A stretch of DNA of 52,797 nucleotides from a virus (taxonomy: Duplodnaviria > Caudoviricetes): the IMG/VR virus record IMGVR_UViG_3300020731_000022, positions 1 through 52,797 of that record. The stretch is one strand, 5' to 3'. The position numbers and the translations under genes are program-made. Every line of letters starts with the position of its first letter. Position 1 is the stretch's first letter. Shown one piece after another: positions 29,755-37,727 of this stretch. The notes under the pieces were generated by a model. That model worked only from the letters and a program-made list of their open reading frames with translations, did not search any database and was not told the origin of the DNA.

Positions 29755-30947
29755 GTATCTTTTGATTCCTTAAGAAAGTATGATAGTCTAGCAATCTTAC
29801 GAGCAGCACCCTCTTTAGCATTTGGATTACTTTCGTTTGGATCATTAGGGTCATTATCATTATCTGGATCAGTTGCTGATGGTGCTTTTTGAAACTGCAT
29901 GTTACCTTCAGCAGCATTTGCACTAGGCATTGGAGTTCTAAATGATGATGGTGCTGATGGTGCTGGTGGAGTAGAAGCACCGGATGGCTTGTCCCCTTGA
30001 ACACCTTTAGTAAATTGACTAATAAGAGATCCTGCGGCTGCGGCGGCACCGGCAAATGGTGCAGCAACACCCTTAGCAACGTCAGTTGCAGCAGTTCCTA
30101 CTGCATCAGCAGCACCTGCAACATCATGACGAGCTCTGTCAAATTGATTAGCAGTAGAGTGAGCAACGTCAGTTGCAGCAGTTCCTACTGCGTTTCCAGC
30201 AGATTGTGCAGCAGATCCTACACCAGAAGCAGCATCTCCTACGCCAGTTCCTACAGCGTGAGCAACACCCTTAGCAACGTCAGAAACTTGACTTGGAAGT
30301 TTTTGTACTTCGTTTCCTACTGCTGATACTCCTGTGCCTACTGCTCTTGTAGCATCTCCTACACCAGTTCCTACGGCGTGAGCAACATCTTTAGCGCCAG
30401 TTCCTACTGCATTTGCAACACCCTTAGCAACGTCAGTTGCTTGGCCTGGAAGTTTTGTTACTTCGTTTCCTACTGCCTTTGCAGCAGATCCTACACCAGA
30501 AACAGCATCTCCTACGCCAGTTCCTACAGCGTGTGCAACATCTTTAGCGGCGTTTCCTACTGCTTTTGTAGCCTTGCCTGCACCTGATCCTACATCAGAA
30601 ATAGCTTGACCTAGGTCAGAAATAGGATTCCATCCCCATGCAGTTTTTGTACTACTTTCTTTGCAAAAATCACAGTTAGCGTGGCGAATTGACCATTCTT
30701 CGTATACTGCTCGTACAAGCTTAGCTTTAGAGTCACTGACATTAGCAAGCTTGCGATAAGCTACCTTCTCGATGTCTTCTTCAACCATTTGCATGCGTTG
30801 AGCTAATTCTTTGTCGCTGTGAGCGAGGAATAGAAAATCACCAGTTTTTGTAAGCAATTCATGCTTAGCAGTTACTAGTTTCTTACCGGCAATCTTTGCG
30901 TCAAAAGCAAGATTTACTGTGTCATCGTAATCGAACATCGAGGTCAT
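29739..30947 (-). CDS. Putative virion protein with 11-residue amphipathic Ala/Gly/Val repeats
   Basis: AAGGAG RBS; repeats AVGTGVGDA.SGVGSAA..VGNEV.KLP.Q..DVAKGVA. Confidence 0.8.
   Translation of the reverse strand: MTSMFDYDDTVNLAFDAKIAGKKLVTAKHELLTKTGDFLFLAHSDKELAQRMQMVEEDIEKVAYRKLANVSDSKAKLVRAVYEEWSIRHANCDFCKESSTKTAWGWNPISDLGQAISDVGSGAGKATKAVGNAAKDVAHAVGTGVGDAVSGVGSAAKAVGNEVTKLPGQATDVAKGVANAVGTGAKDVAHAVGTGVGDATRAVGTGVSAVGNEVQKLPSQVSDVAKGVAHAVGTGVGDAASGVGSAAQSAGNAVGTAATDVAHSTANQFDRARHDVAGAADAVGTAATDVAKGVAAPFAGAAAAAGSLISQFTKGVQGDKPSGASTPPAPSAPSSFRTPMPSANAAEGNMQFQKAPSATDPDNDNDPNDPNESNPNAKEGAARKIARLSYFLKESKDTNFTV
30060..30565 (-). repeat. Degenerate direct repeats built from 33-bp units (11-aa coding repeats)
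   Basis: Recurrent gcaacacccttagcaacgtcag and cagttcctac on the plus strand. Confidence 0.8.
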
Positions 30948-31009
30948 CGTGTTACTCCTTATATTGTTCCCGTAGGAACGCTGGACAATAAGCGTTATTC
31001 GCTTACTAC

Positions 31010-31035
31010 CTACGACAGATTCCGTATACTTTTAA
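31010..31035 (-). promoter_or_regulatory. Candidate phage-specific promoter (TTAAAA-N17-TAG)
   Basis: Intergenic, upstream of 30947; same spacing as the other copies. Confidence 0.45.
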
Positions 31036-31036
31036 A

Positions 31037-31112
31037 TGGTAGGAATGGTAGGAATTGAACCCACGACCGAAGGATTATGAGTCCTCTGCTCTTACCACTG
31101 AGCTACATTCCC
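31037..31112 (-). tRNA. tRNA with CAT anticodon, probably Ile2 (lysidine) rather than Met
   Basis: Cloverleaf GGGAATG/CATTCCT; anticodon arm GAGGA-CTCATAA-TCCTT; TTCAATT T-loop; encoded CCA; no initiator features. Confidence 0.9.
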
Positions 31113-31113
31113 T

Positions 31114-31187
31114 TGGCTGAGGGACTAGGACTCGAACCTAGAATAAGGGCTTCAAAGGCCCCTGTGTTGCCATTACACCATCCCTCA
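31114..31187 (-). tRNA. tRNA-Gln(TTG)
   Basis: TGAGGGA/TCCCTCA; GGGGC-CTTTGAA-GCCCT; GGTTCGAGTCC; CCA. Confidence 0.95.
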
Positions 31188-31188
31188 T

Positions 31189-31263
31189 TGGCTCCCCAGA
31201 TAGGATTCGAACCTATAACCTAGCGATTAACAGTCGCTTGCTCTGCCGTTGAGCTACCAGGGA
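31189..31263 (-). tRNA. tRNA-Asn(GTT)
   Basis: TCCCTGG/CTGGGGA; AGCGA-CTGTTAA-TCGCT; GGTTCGAATCC; CCA. Confidence 0.95.
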
Positions 31264-31271
31264 ATGTTTGG

Positions 31272-31631
31272 CTAATCGCCCTTTATTACTCTGATGCTAT
31301 CATCATCAAAATGTTGTGTAGAAAATTCAAATACACGAGCATTTTCTAATCCTATCAATTGGTGACGTAGACCCGTGCGTATGTGAAAAGAATCACCAGG
31401 TTGTAGAACAATTTGCTCTGCCTGATTAATATCGTCAGTTTCACCGTATACAAGAACAACGGAACCATTCTCTACGTAGAATGTTTCATCTTTGATATTG
31501 TGGTAGTGCCAAGAAAGTCTTTTACCTTTGTTGAAATGAAGAATTTTTGAACAATACTTTTCTGTATTGCAAACGATCTCCTCGTAACCCCAACCTTTTA
31601 CTACGCATTCTCTAGCTGAAGAAGTGTTCAC
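31272..31631 (-). CDS. Cupin-domain protein (sugar isomerase-like)
   Basis: KGWGYE, LSWHYH..KDETFYV..G, PGDSFHI..G.RH, EFST. Confidence 0.85.
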   Translation of the reverse strand: MNTSSARECVVKGWGYEEIVCNTEKYCSKILHFNKGKRLSWHYHNIKDETFYVENGSVVLVYGETDDINQAEQIVLQPGDSFHIRTGLRHQLIGLENARVFEFSTQHFDDDSIRVIKGD

Positions 31632-31929
31632 TATTTATTCCTTTATCATCAACATAGAAGTCACCAGACGGTTTCCCCATAATTAATTGGTGGTATTGAC
31701 AACCCCAATCTTGCAATTGTTGTTCTGTTAATTCTCGGAAAAGCTCGCTAGCTTTTACTGGGTCATTATCAGTTCTATCCATACCTCTAGCTGTAAAGTA
31801 AACAACCTTATGACCTTGGTCATATAAACTGTTTACTTGAATTATAGCATCGTGATATGGTTCTGCTTTTGCGTAATCACCATCGATAGTATTGCATATG
31901 GTGCCATCAATGTCAACTACAAACTTCAT
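31612..31929 (-). CDS. HAD-family phosphatase (capsule-biosynthesis type; possible GmhB role)
   Basis: DIDGTIC, FTARG, MGKP..DFYVDDK. Confidence 0.85.
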   Translation of the reverse strand: MKFVVDIDGTICNTIDGDYAKAEPYHDAIIQVNSLYDQGHKVVYFTARGMDRTDNDPVKASELFRELTEQQLQDWGCQYHQLIMGKPSGDFYVDDKGINSEHFFS

Positions 31930-32318
31930 CTTTCTAGAATCCTTGTTGTTGAGTATGGTTCTATTCTTTCAAAATATTTTACAGTCTTGGCATATTCTTT
32001 ACCAGGAAATTCTTTGCCCCACCAATCACTACCAGCAAACCAAATATCTGGGTTAAGGTTTTTTACAATATTGATAAGTTGTTCATCTGAATTAAAAAGT
32101 ACAACATTGTCAACATGTTTTATGGAACTAATAACATATTTTCTATCATTTTCATTATGAAAAGGACGATCAGGACCTTTTTTCTCTGATACGCGTCTAT
32201 CAGTATCAATGGCAACTGTGAGGGTTCCACCATAGCTTTTAGCGTGTTCTAATAATGCAATATGTCCTTTATGGATAACATCAAATGTACCAGTCAGGAA
32301 TAGTTGTTTATTTTCCAT
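31926..32318 (-). CDS. rfaE2: Nucleotidyltransferase, RfaE/HldE domain II-like (heptose-1-P nucleotidyltransferase)
   Basis: GTFDVIHKGH, D..V..KKG..RP, VDNV..F, GSDW, YSTTRILER. Confidence 0.8.
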   Translation of the reverse strand: MENKQLFLTGTFDVIHKGHIALLEHAKSYGGTLTVAIDTDRRVSEKKGPDRPFHNENDRKYVISSIKHVDNVVLFNSDEQLINIVKNLNPDIWFAGSDWWGKEFPGKEYAKTVKYFERIEPYSTTRILER

Positions 32319-33096
32319 TTAAATATTCTTCTATCGTTTTAAATTTGTGGTCACCCCACTCCTTCTTAGCACATGTGTAGGACTGATATTTACCAACCAA
32401 GTGTTCGGGAAATGGAATGATATTTACTTCACCATTATACTGCTTTGCAACGGCATTTGCAACTTCTTCAAAACTTCTTGGATTACTTGTACCAAGATCG
32501 TAGATACCAGATCGTTTGTCGTTGTTTAATACTATATCTACAACATCATCTACACAAATAAAGTCTCTTTTAAAATTTTCTGATCCTTCAAATAGATTAA
32601 GTTTACCAGACTCTTTAATTTGCCACGTAAATTTGCTAACTGGGCTTGCCTGGTCACCTTTATGTTCTTCTCCGTCACCATAGACGTTGAAATAACGAAA
32701 TCCTTGTATAAACTTAAAATCATCGATATTGTCTTGTACCCAGTAATCAATCTGCAATTTAGACATAGCATAATGATTAATAGGGTTAGGTATACCATCC
32801 AAATTGCCATAAACTGAAGCTGATGATGCATACTTTATTGGAATACCGTGATCTCTAGCTTTTTCCAACAATGCCAGAGTGAACTCTATGTTGTAATTAT
32901 ACAATAGTCTAATATTTTTTTCTGTGGTGCTTGATATAGCACCCTGGTGAAGAATAAGTTTAACTTGATCCCATGCATTAAAATTGGAAAGGAAATAATG
33001 ACAGTCTTGTTGATTGACTATCAATATACGTTGTCCATCAAGAGCTTTTAAGAAGTTCTTGCCAATGAACCCTTCGGATCCAGTAAGTATAATCAA
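32308..33096 (-). CDS. rfaD: ADP-L-glycero-D-manno-heptose 6-epimerase-like SDR
   Basis: TG..GFIG, HQGAISSTTE, YASSASVYG, YAMSK, FRYFNVYG..E.HKG.QAS, LFEGSENFKRDFI.V.D; likely TTG start at 33096. Confidence 0.88.
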   Translation of the reverse strand: MIILTGSEGFIGKNFLKALDGQRILIVNQQDCHYFLSNFNAWDQVKLILHQGAISSTTEKNIRLLYNYNIEFTLALLEKARDHGIPIKYASSASVYGNLDGIPNPINHYAMSKLQIDYWVQDNIDDFKFIQGFRYFNVYGDGEEHKGDQASPVSKFTWQIKESGKLNLFEGSENFKRDFICVDDVVDIVLNNDKRSGIYDLGTSNPRSFEEVANAVAKQYNGEVNIIPFPEHLVGKYQSYTCAKKEWGDHKFKTIEEYLNGK

Positions 33097-33797
33097 ACCG
33101 ATTCCCATTCTTCGTGATTGTATTCACCATTATGGTCCCAATATAGTTCAGATCGTGAAGCAGGGTAAACAATATCCCAATCTGTGAATTCGTAACCATT
33201 ATCAACCAATACATCATTTCTGATAGCAATCATATCGTCAGAATGAATCCAAACAGGGGTATATCCGTGTGAGTTGAACATTTTTTTAAATGCATACGGA
33301 GAAGCACCGTACCATCCGTTGTTTGACCATAACCAATTAATATCATATTTGCGTGTTTGGCTTTCATAAGGTTCAAAACGAACATTGTTTTCAACCATCA
33401 CCACTCTAGGAGAATACTTATTAAGCATTGCATCAGTAATCCAGTAATCCATACCATCAAGATCAATTGATACAAAATCTGGCGACTTTGGAACATTGTG
33501 CTTATCAAATAGATCACAAATGTTATCTTTGGAAATCCATTCCATGTGATAATTAATTGTGGTGTTATTTACATGTCTACTGTATTGTTCATCACCTTCC
33601 ATAAGAAGGCCATTCCAACCATTCATGTGCAAGTATGCTGTATTAGACAGTTCTGGCCAATCAGTGGCACCAAACTCAACATAATACTTATTAGTGGTAC
33701 CTATCTTGTCAAATGTATATTCAATAAATGAGTCTTGACCTTTTTGAGAAAACCCTTTGCTTATTGCTGGAACCTGATCGTATCTTAGAATTGTCAT
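33093..33797 (-). CDS. FkbM-like SAM-dependent methyltransferase
   Basis: FSQKGQD, YVEFGA, W.GLLMEG, DFVSIDLDGMDYWI, PRVVMVE.N, GAS. Confidence 0.75.
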   Translation of the reverse strand: MTILRYDQVPAISKGFSQKGQDSFIEYTFDKIGTTNKYYVEFGATDWPELSNTAYLHMNGWNGLLMEGDEQYSRHVNNTTINYHMEWISKDNICDLFDKHNVPKSPDFVSIDLDGMDYWITDAMLNKYSPRVVMVENNVRFEPYESQTRKYDINWLWSNNGWYGASPYAFKKMFNSHGYTPVWIHSDDMIAIRNDVLVDNGYEFTDWDIVYPASRSELYWDHNGEYNHEEWESV

Positions 33798-34519
33798 ATA
33801 GTGGTCACTCCTCGATGTTTTACAACTTCTGATGCACACTCATTGGCATACACAATACTTTGTTCAAGATCTTGACTATTGACGTATTTAACAACCAAAG
33901 CTGCCATAAAAGCATCGCCAGCACCTGAAGAATCTTTGACTTCCATTCTTTTAACAGAATACCGTTTGCCATTGTATTCACATCCATGACCACCCATTGT
34001 GTGAATAATCTTATCTTTATAAGCATTTGTTATATCAGGATCAGAATTATTGTATTCGTAATCATTGATTTTGATTATGAAAGCTTTCTTTGCCCATTTT
34101 CCTAGTTTTTTCTTTGTATCAAGGAATACACGTGGATGTGATTTACAAATTGTTTCAATGTCATCTTCTGTCAAGAATCCTTTATTGTAATCAGAAATAA
34201 CAATGACTTCATATTGTTTATAATCAATTGGTGTATCAAATATACCGTAGTTAGGTTCTGTATCTACTCTAAAGAACGTATGGTTAGTAGCTTCATGCAC
34301 ATATCTTGTCTTAGTAATAGATTCCCAATTGTCATTGGTAATAATACTGCAATCTTCAACAATTGTTATATTTCGCAGTACGTTCATTGCCATACCTTCG
34401 TTCTCTTCTTGATGTAGAACATTCAATACTGGTACTGGCACGTCAGGAGCAAGGCGCACTGCGTCACAATAGACAAATACGTCTTTACAACTTTCACCTA
34501 TCACTAGGATACGTTTCAT
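33794..34519 (-). CDS. rfaE1: PfkB-family sugar kinase, RfaE/HldE domain I-like
   Basis: ILVIGE..D.FVY...RLAPDVPVPV, TKTRY, ISDYNKG, DSSGAGD.F. Confidence 0.85.
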   Translation of the reverse strand: MKRILVIGESCKDVFVYCDAVRLAPDVPVPVLNVLHQEENEGMAMNVLRNITIVEDCSIITNDNWESITKTRYVHEATNHTFFRVDTEPNYGIFDTPIDYKQYEVIVISDYNKGFLTEDDIETICKSHPRVFLDTKKKLGKWAKKAFIIKINDYEYNNSDPDITNAYKDKIIHTMGGHGCEYNGKRYSVKRMEVKDSSGAGDAFMAALVVKYVNSQDLEQSIVYANECASEVVKHRGVTTI

Positions 34520-34520
34520 T

Positions 34521-35723
34521 TTAGTATCTAGACTTCTTTTCAATAATGATAGCTGGACGATTACTCATAGCAGCATTCATAAACGCAAGAACTACTTCTC
34601 TAGCATCGGTAGGTTCAATTACTGGAATAGTTACTGCAGTTTTGAGAACATCAGTAAAGTCTTGTGAGTGTGTAATACCAGAATAGAACGGACCAGAATC
34701 AGCAGACACTGCACGCACAATAACAGGCACTTTGAATTCACCGTGCGAGATTCTTTCAATCTTGTCTAAGTGGTTTACAATAGCATCCATAGCAACCATC
34801 ATAAAATCATGACGTTCGAAGTAAACAACTGGCTTAAAACCTTCAAATGACATACCAATAGCTAGACCCATCATCAAGTTTTCAGCAACAGGTGTTTCAA
34901 TTTTTTGTTCTGCTGGTACACCTTTCAATGTACCCATAGCATCACCTCTTGCTACGTTATAACCAATAAAGACAGCGCCTTCACTACCTAATTTTGTCAT
35001 AACTTGTTCCATAGTATCCTTATACGAAGCACCTTCAGTATCTACAGGAGGATTCAAATATTCATATGGTTCAAGAGGTGGAAAGTACTCATCGTCAGTC
35101 TTTTTTACAGCTTGCGACAAGTCAATCATACCGGGTTTACGTGCATGTGGGTAAGTAATGTCATATTGATATTTCTTTACACACTTAAAAGGCCATTCAA
35201 AATGAGCAGTGCTACCCCAACGCTCTTCATTGGTTGCTTCTACTGAACGGTTGTTAGCTTCAATCACAAAGGTACATGGTAGATCCATGCCTTCTACATA
35301 ACGAGCAGCTTCGAACAAGTGACCATTGTCTTCTGTACCATCTCCAACAAAACACCAGACCTTTTGGTCAGATCCCTTTTTCTTTAGAGCAAGAGCAATA
35401 CCAGCTGCGATAGCAGGTGTACCACCAATGATTGCAGAGCAAAAGAAATTACGTTCTCTGTCATAAACAAACATACTTCGTCCATTAAGGATGCGATCTT
35501 CCAATACATCCTCAGGGATACCGTGTAGGAGAGCGTGATAGTGGCTACGGTGGTTACTAATAACGTAATCACCTTCCTTGATATCCTTAAAGATATCAAT
35601 TAGCTGTTCTTCATTGCCACCTGATAGGTGAAACAAGAATGGCAATTTATTATCTAAGTAAAGATCACCAATTCTATTCTCAAAAGCAATTAGCTCTTCA
35701 GGTGTCCAATTACGCTTATCCAT
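34521..35723 (-). CDS. TPP-dependent enzyme: fused E1-alpha and truncated E1-beta (dehydrogenase/transketolase-like)
   Basis: HRSHYHAL, GDG..D.G..EA...LP..FV.E.NN (TPP motif), ETPVAEN...GLAIGM...G.KPV; no beta C-terminal domain. Confidence 0.85.
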   Translation of the reverse strand: MDKRNWTPEELIAFENRIGDLYLDNKLPFLFHLSGGNEEQLIDIFKDIKEGDYVISNHRSHYHALLHGIPEDVLEDRILNGRSMFVYDRERNFFCSAIIGGTPAIAAGIALALKKKGSDQKVWCFVGDGTEDNGHLFEAARYVEGMDLPCTFVIEANNRSVEATNEERWGSTAHFEWPFKCVKKYQYDITYPHARKPGMIDLSQAVKKTDDEYFPPLEPYEYLNPPVDTEGASYKDTMEQVMTKLGSEGAVFIGYNVARGDAMGTLKGVPAEQKIETPVAENLMMGLAIGMSFEGFKPVVYFERHDFMMVAMDAIVNHLDKIERISHGEFKVPVIVRAVSADSGPFYSGITHSQDFTDVLKTAVTIPVIEPTDAREVVLAFMNAAMSNRPAIIIEKKSRY

Positions 35724-35724
35724 T

Positions 35725-36738
35725 TTATTTATCTTCCATTTCAATCATGATTCTACCGGCACTACCGTTCTTAAGTGTATCAAATGCTTTGTTAACATCA
35801 TACAATTTATATTGATGAGTTACAATTTTATCAATATTAAGTTTACCATCTTTGTTGAGGCTGACATATCGGGGAATATCTTTCGAGGGATCTGTCTTGC
35901 CACCTTGTGTAGCTTTGATGCTGAGTCCGTTGCCATTAAAGAAAGAAAGAGCGTTAGCGATCTCCAAAGATTCACCTGGTTTAGGTTGACCCACTAGGAT
36001 CATTCTACCATTGTTAGATAGATAACCAAAACTCTTTTTGATTGCATCAATGTTGCCCGTAGTATCAATTACTACGTCTACTTTTCCATCAAATTCATAT
36101 TTGTTACTAAAGAACTTGTCAGCACCAGCATCAAACGATAACCATGCTTTATCTTCTTTATTATCAATAGCAACAATTGGATTCACACCACGTAAAACTG
36201 CACCTTGGATTAGGTTTAGACCAACTCCACCAGTACCTATGATAGCAACGCTTTCACCAATCTTAAAATCACACTCATTGTCAATAATGCCAAGTGCAGT
36301 AGTTAAACTACATCCAAGAAGGGCAGCAAAATGATTGGGAGTATCAATAGGAACTGCAGTAAGTCTATTTTCTGAAACTATAGAGTATTCACTTAGTGTG
36401 GTAACCTTACCACTACTGATAGTCTTGCCATTAAGTACATATTCTGGGAACGGAGCTTCAATTCCATTTCCTACACGCCAATGCATGACTACTTTGTCAC
36501 CAGGTTTAACAGTGGTAACACCATCACCAATTTCTTGTACAATGCCACAGCCTTCGTGACCCATAAGGTGAGGTAAAAATTTACCATTACCTTTATTGCC
36601 ATTAATCTCATGTAACTGAGAACCACAGATACCGCTAACAAGTACCTTTACAAGCACTTGGCCAACTTTCAATGATGTAAGTTCTATGTCTTCTACTGAT
36701 AGTGGAGCGTTTAACTCTCTTAGAATAGCAGCTTTCAT
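35725..36738 (-). CDS. Zn-dependent alcohol dehydrogenase (MDR family)
   Basis: GICGSQ, GHEGCG.V..IG.GV..VKPGDKV, LGCS..T, GTGGVG. Confidence 0.9.
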   Translation of the reverse strand: MKAAILRELNAPLSVEDIELTSLKVGQVLVKVLVSGICGSQLHEINGNKGNGKFLPHLMGHEGCGIVQEIGDGVTTVKPGDKVVMHWRVGNGIEAPFPEYVLNGKTISSGKVTTLSEYSIVSENRLTAVPIDTPNHFAALLGCSLTTALGIIDNECDFKIGESVAIIGTGGVGLNLIQGAVLRGVNPIVAIDNKEDKAWLSFDAGADKFFSNKYEFDGKVDVVIDTTGNIDAIKKSFGYLSNNGRMILVGQPKPGESLEIANALSFFNGNGLSIKATQGGKTDPSKDIPRYVSLNKDGKLNIDKIVTHQYKLYDVNKAFDTLKNGSAGRIMIEMEDK

Positions 36739-37571
36739 TAGATCAACTCGTAAAGTGACTTGATAGTACGGAATTTGTCGTTAAGGTCAAATGTTCTTGC
36801 CATATCACGGTAAGGAACATTGGTATTAACACGATCAAGCAAAGATATAAAACTCTCAACTGTTTTCATGCTTTCATCATTCACAGAAGCGATAAATGGT
36901 GCATTTGGTACACCGATAATGTTTTTGCAACGCTTAGCAAGTTTACCAATGTCAATTAAGTTTAGATTGTAATCTTGCGTGCTACGATATCCATCAACTT
37001 TGACGGTTGTGATGACGTTATGACCTTCATTGTTCAGTTTCTTTAACAATGCAGCAAAACTCTTGTCTTGCTCTTCTCTAGACATCCGAAGGATAGGGCT
37101 AACAGGGTAACCATTAATAATCAAGTAGTCAAAGTCTTCATCCAATACATCTTTTGCAAAACATGGTTCATTTAGAATAGTTTCTTCAATAGAATCAAAT
37201 GGTTGTTGCAGATGTGGCAGTTGTTTAGCTAGGTAATTACCAATTTCGTATGACCACATAAAATAACTGCTCAATGTGCTATCTTGCTTTGATACGTGGT
37301 GTGATTCATAAAGACTGTCACCAAGTATGGCATGACACCATAAGTCAATAGAGTAACGTGGGTGTGGCATATCAACAAATTTAATATTTTTATCAAGTAT
37401 TAGTTCTGCTAGCTGTTCTCGGTAATTAACAGGAATGAAAACTTTAGCATTAATCTGTGGATTCTTTTCGCATAGTTTATTTACTACGTGTAATGCTACA
37501 ATACAATCACCGTAGCCTTTATCACAATGGAAATACAAATCGTTGGTCAAAAAAAGATCTAGATTTGGCAT
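36738..37571 (-). CDS. Putative glycosyltransferase, divergent GT9/heptosyltransferase-like
   Basis: N-terminal GYGDCI and C-terminal L.DIG.LAK.CK.IIG.PNAP...S resemble the GT9 motifs (G.GD..; l..a.l.vg.DSg..hla); first gene of the sugar cassette. Confidence 0.5.
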   Translation of the reverse strand: MPNLDLFLTNDLYFHCDKGYGDCIVALHVVNKLCEKNPQINAKVFIPVNYREQLAELILDKNIKFVDMPHPRYSIDLWCHAILGDSLYESHHVSKQDSTLSSYFMWSYEIGNYLAKQLPHLQQPFDSIEETILNEPCFAKDVLDEDFDYLIINGYPVSPILRMSREEQDKSFAALLKKLNNEGHNVITTVKVDGYRSTQDYNLNLIDIGKLAKRCKNIIGVPNAPFIASVNDESMKTVESFISLLDRVNTNVPYRDMARTFDLNDKFRTIKSLYELI

Positions 37572-37642
37572 TTATATAACTTTATCGCAGACCAGAGATG
37601 ATTGTGGTGATTTGAGCAACATTATTATTCTTTCTAATAAAG

Positions 37643-37720
37643 TGGCGATCTCGATGGGACTTGAACCCACGACCCCTTCCGTGACAGGGAAGTGCTCTAA
37701 CCAAACTGAGCTACGAGACC
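37643..37720 (-). tRNA. tRNA-Asp(GTC)
   Basis: GGTCTCG/CGAGATC; CTTCC-CTGTCAC-GGAAG; GGTTCAAGTCC; CCA. Confidence 0.95.
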
Positions 37721-37727
37721 AGAAGAA

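Noticed and set aside
30060-30565. Possible CRISPR array or non-coding repeat
   Set aside because: Repeats are degenerate, in-frame coding units without unique spacers; no cas genes
29739-30947. Tape measure or tail assembly chaperone assignment
   Set aside because: Too short for a tape measure, no tail tube or sheath neighbours, and composition unlike known chaperones
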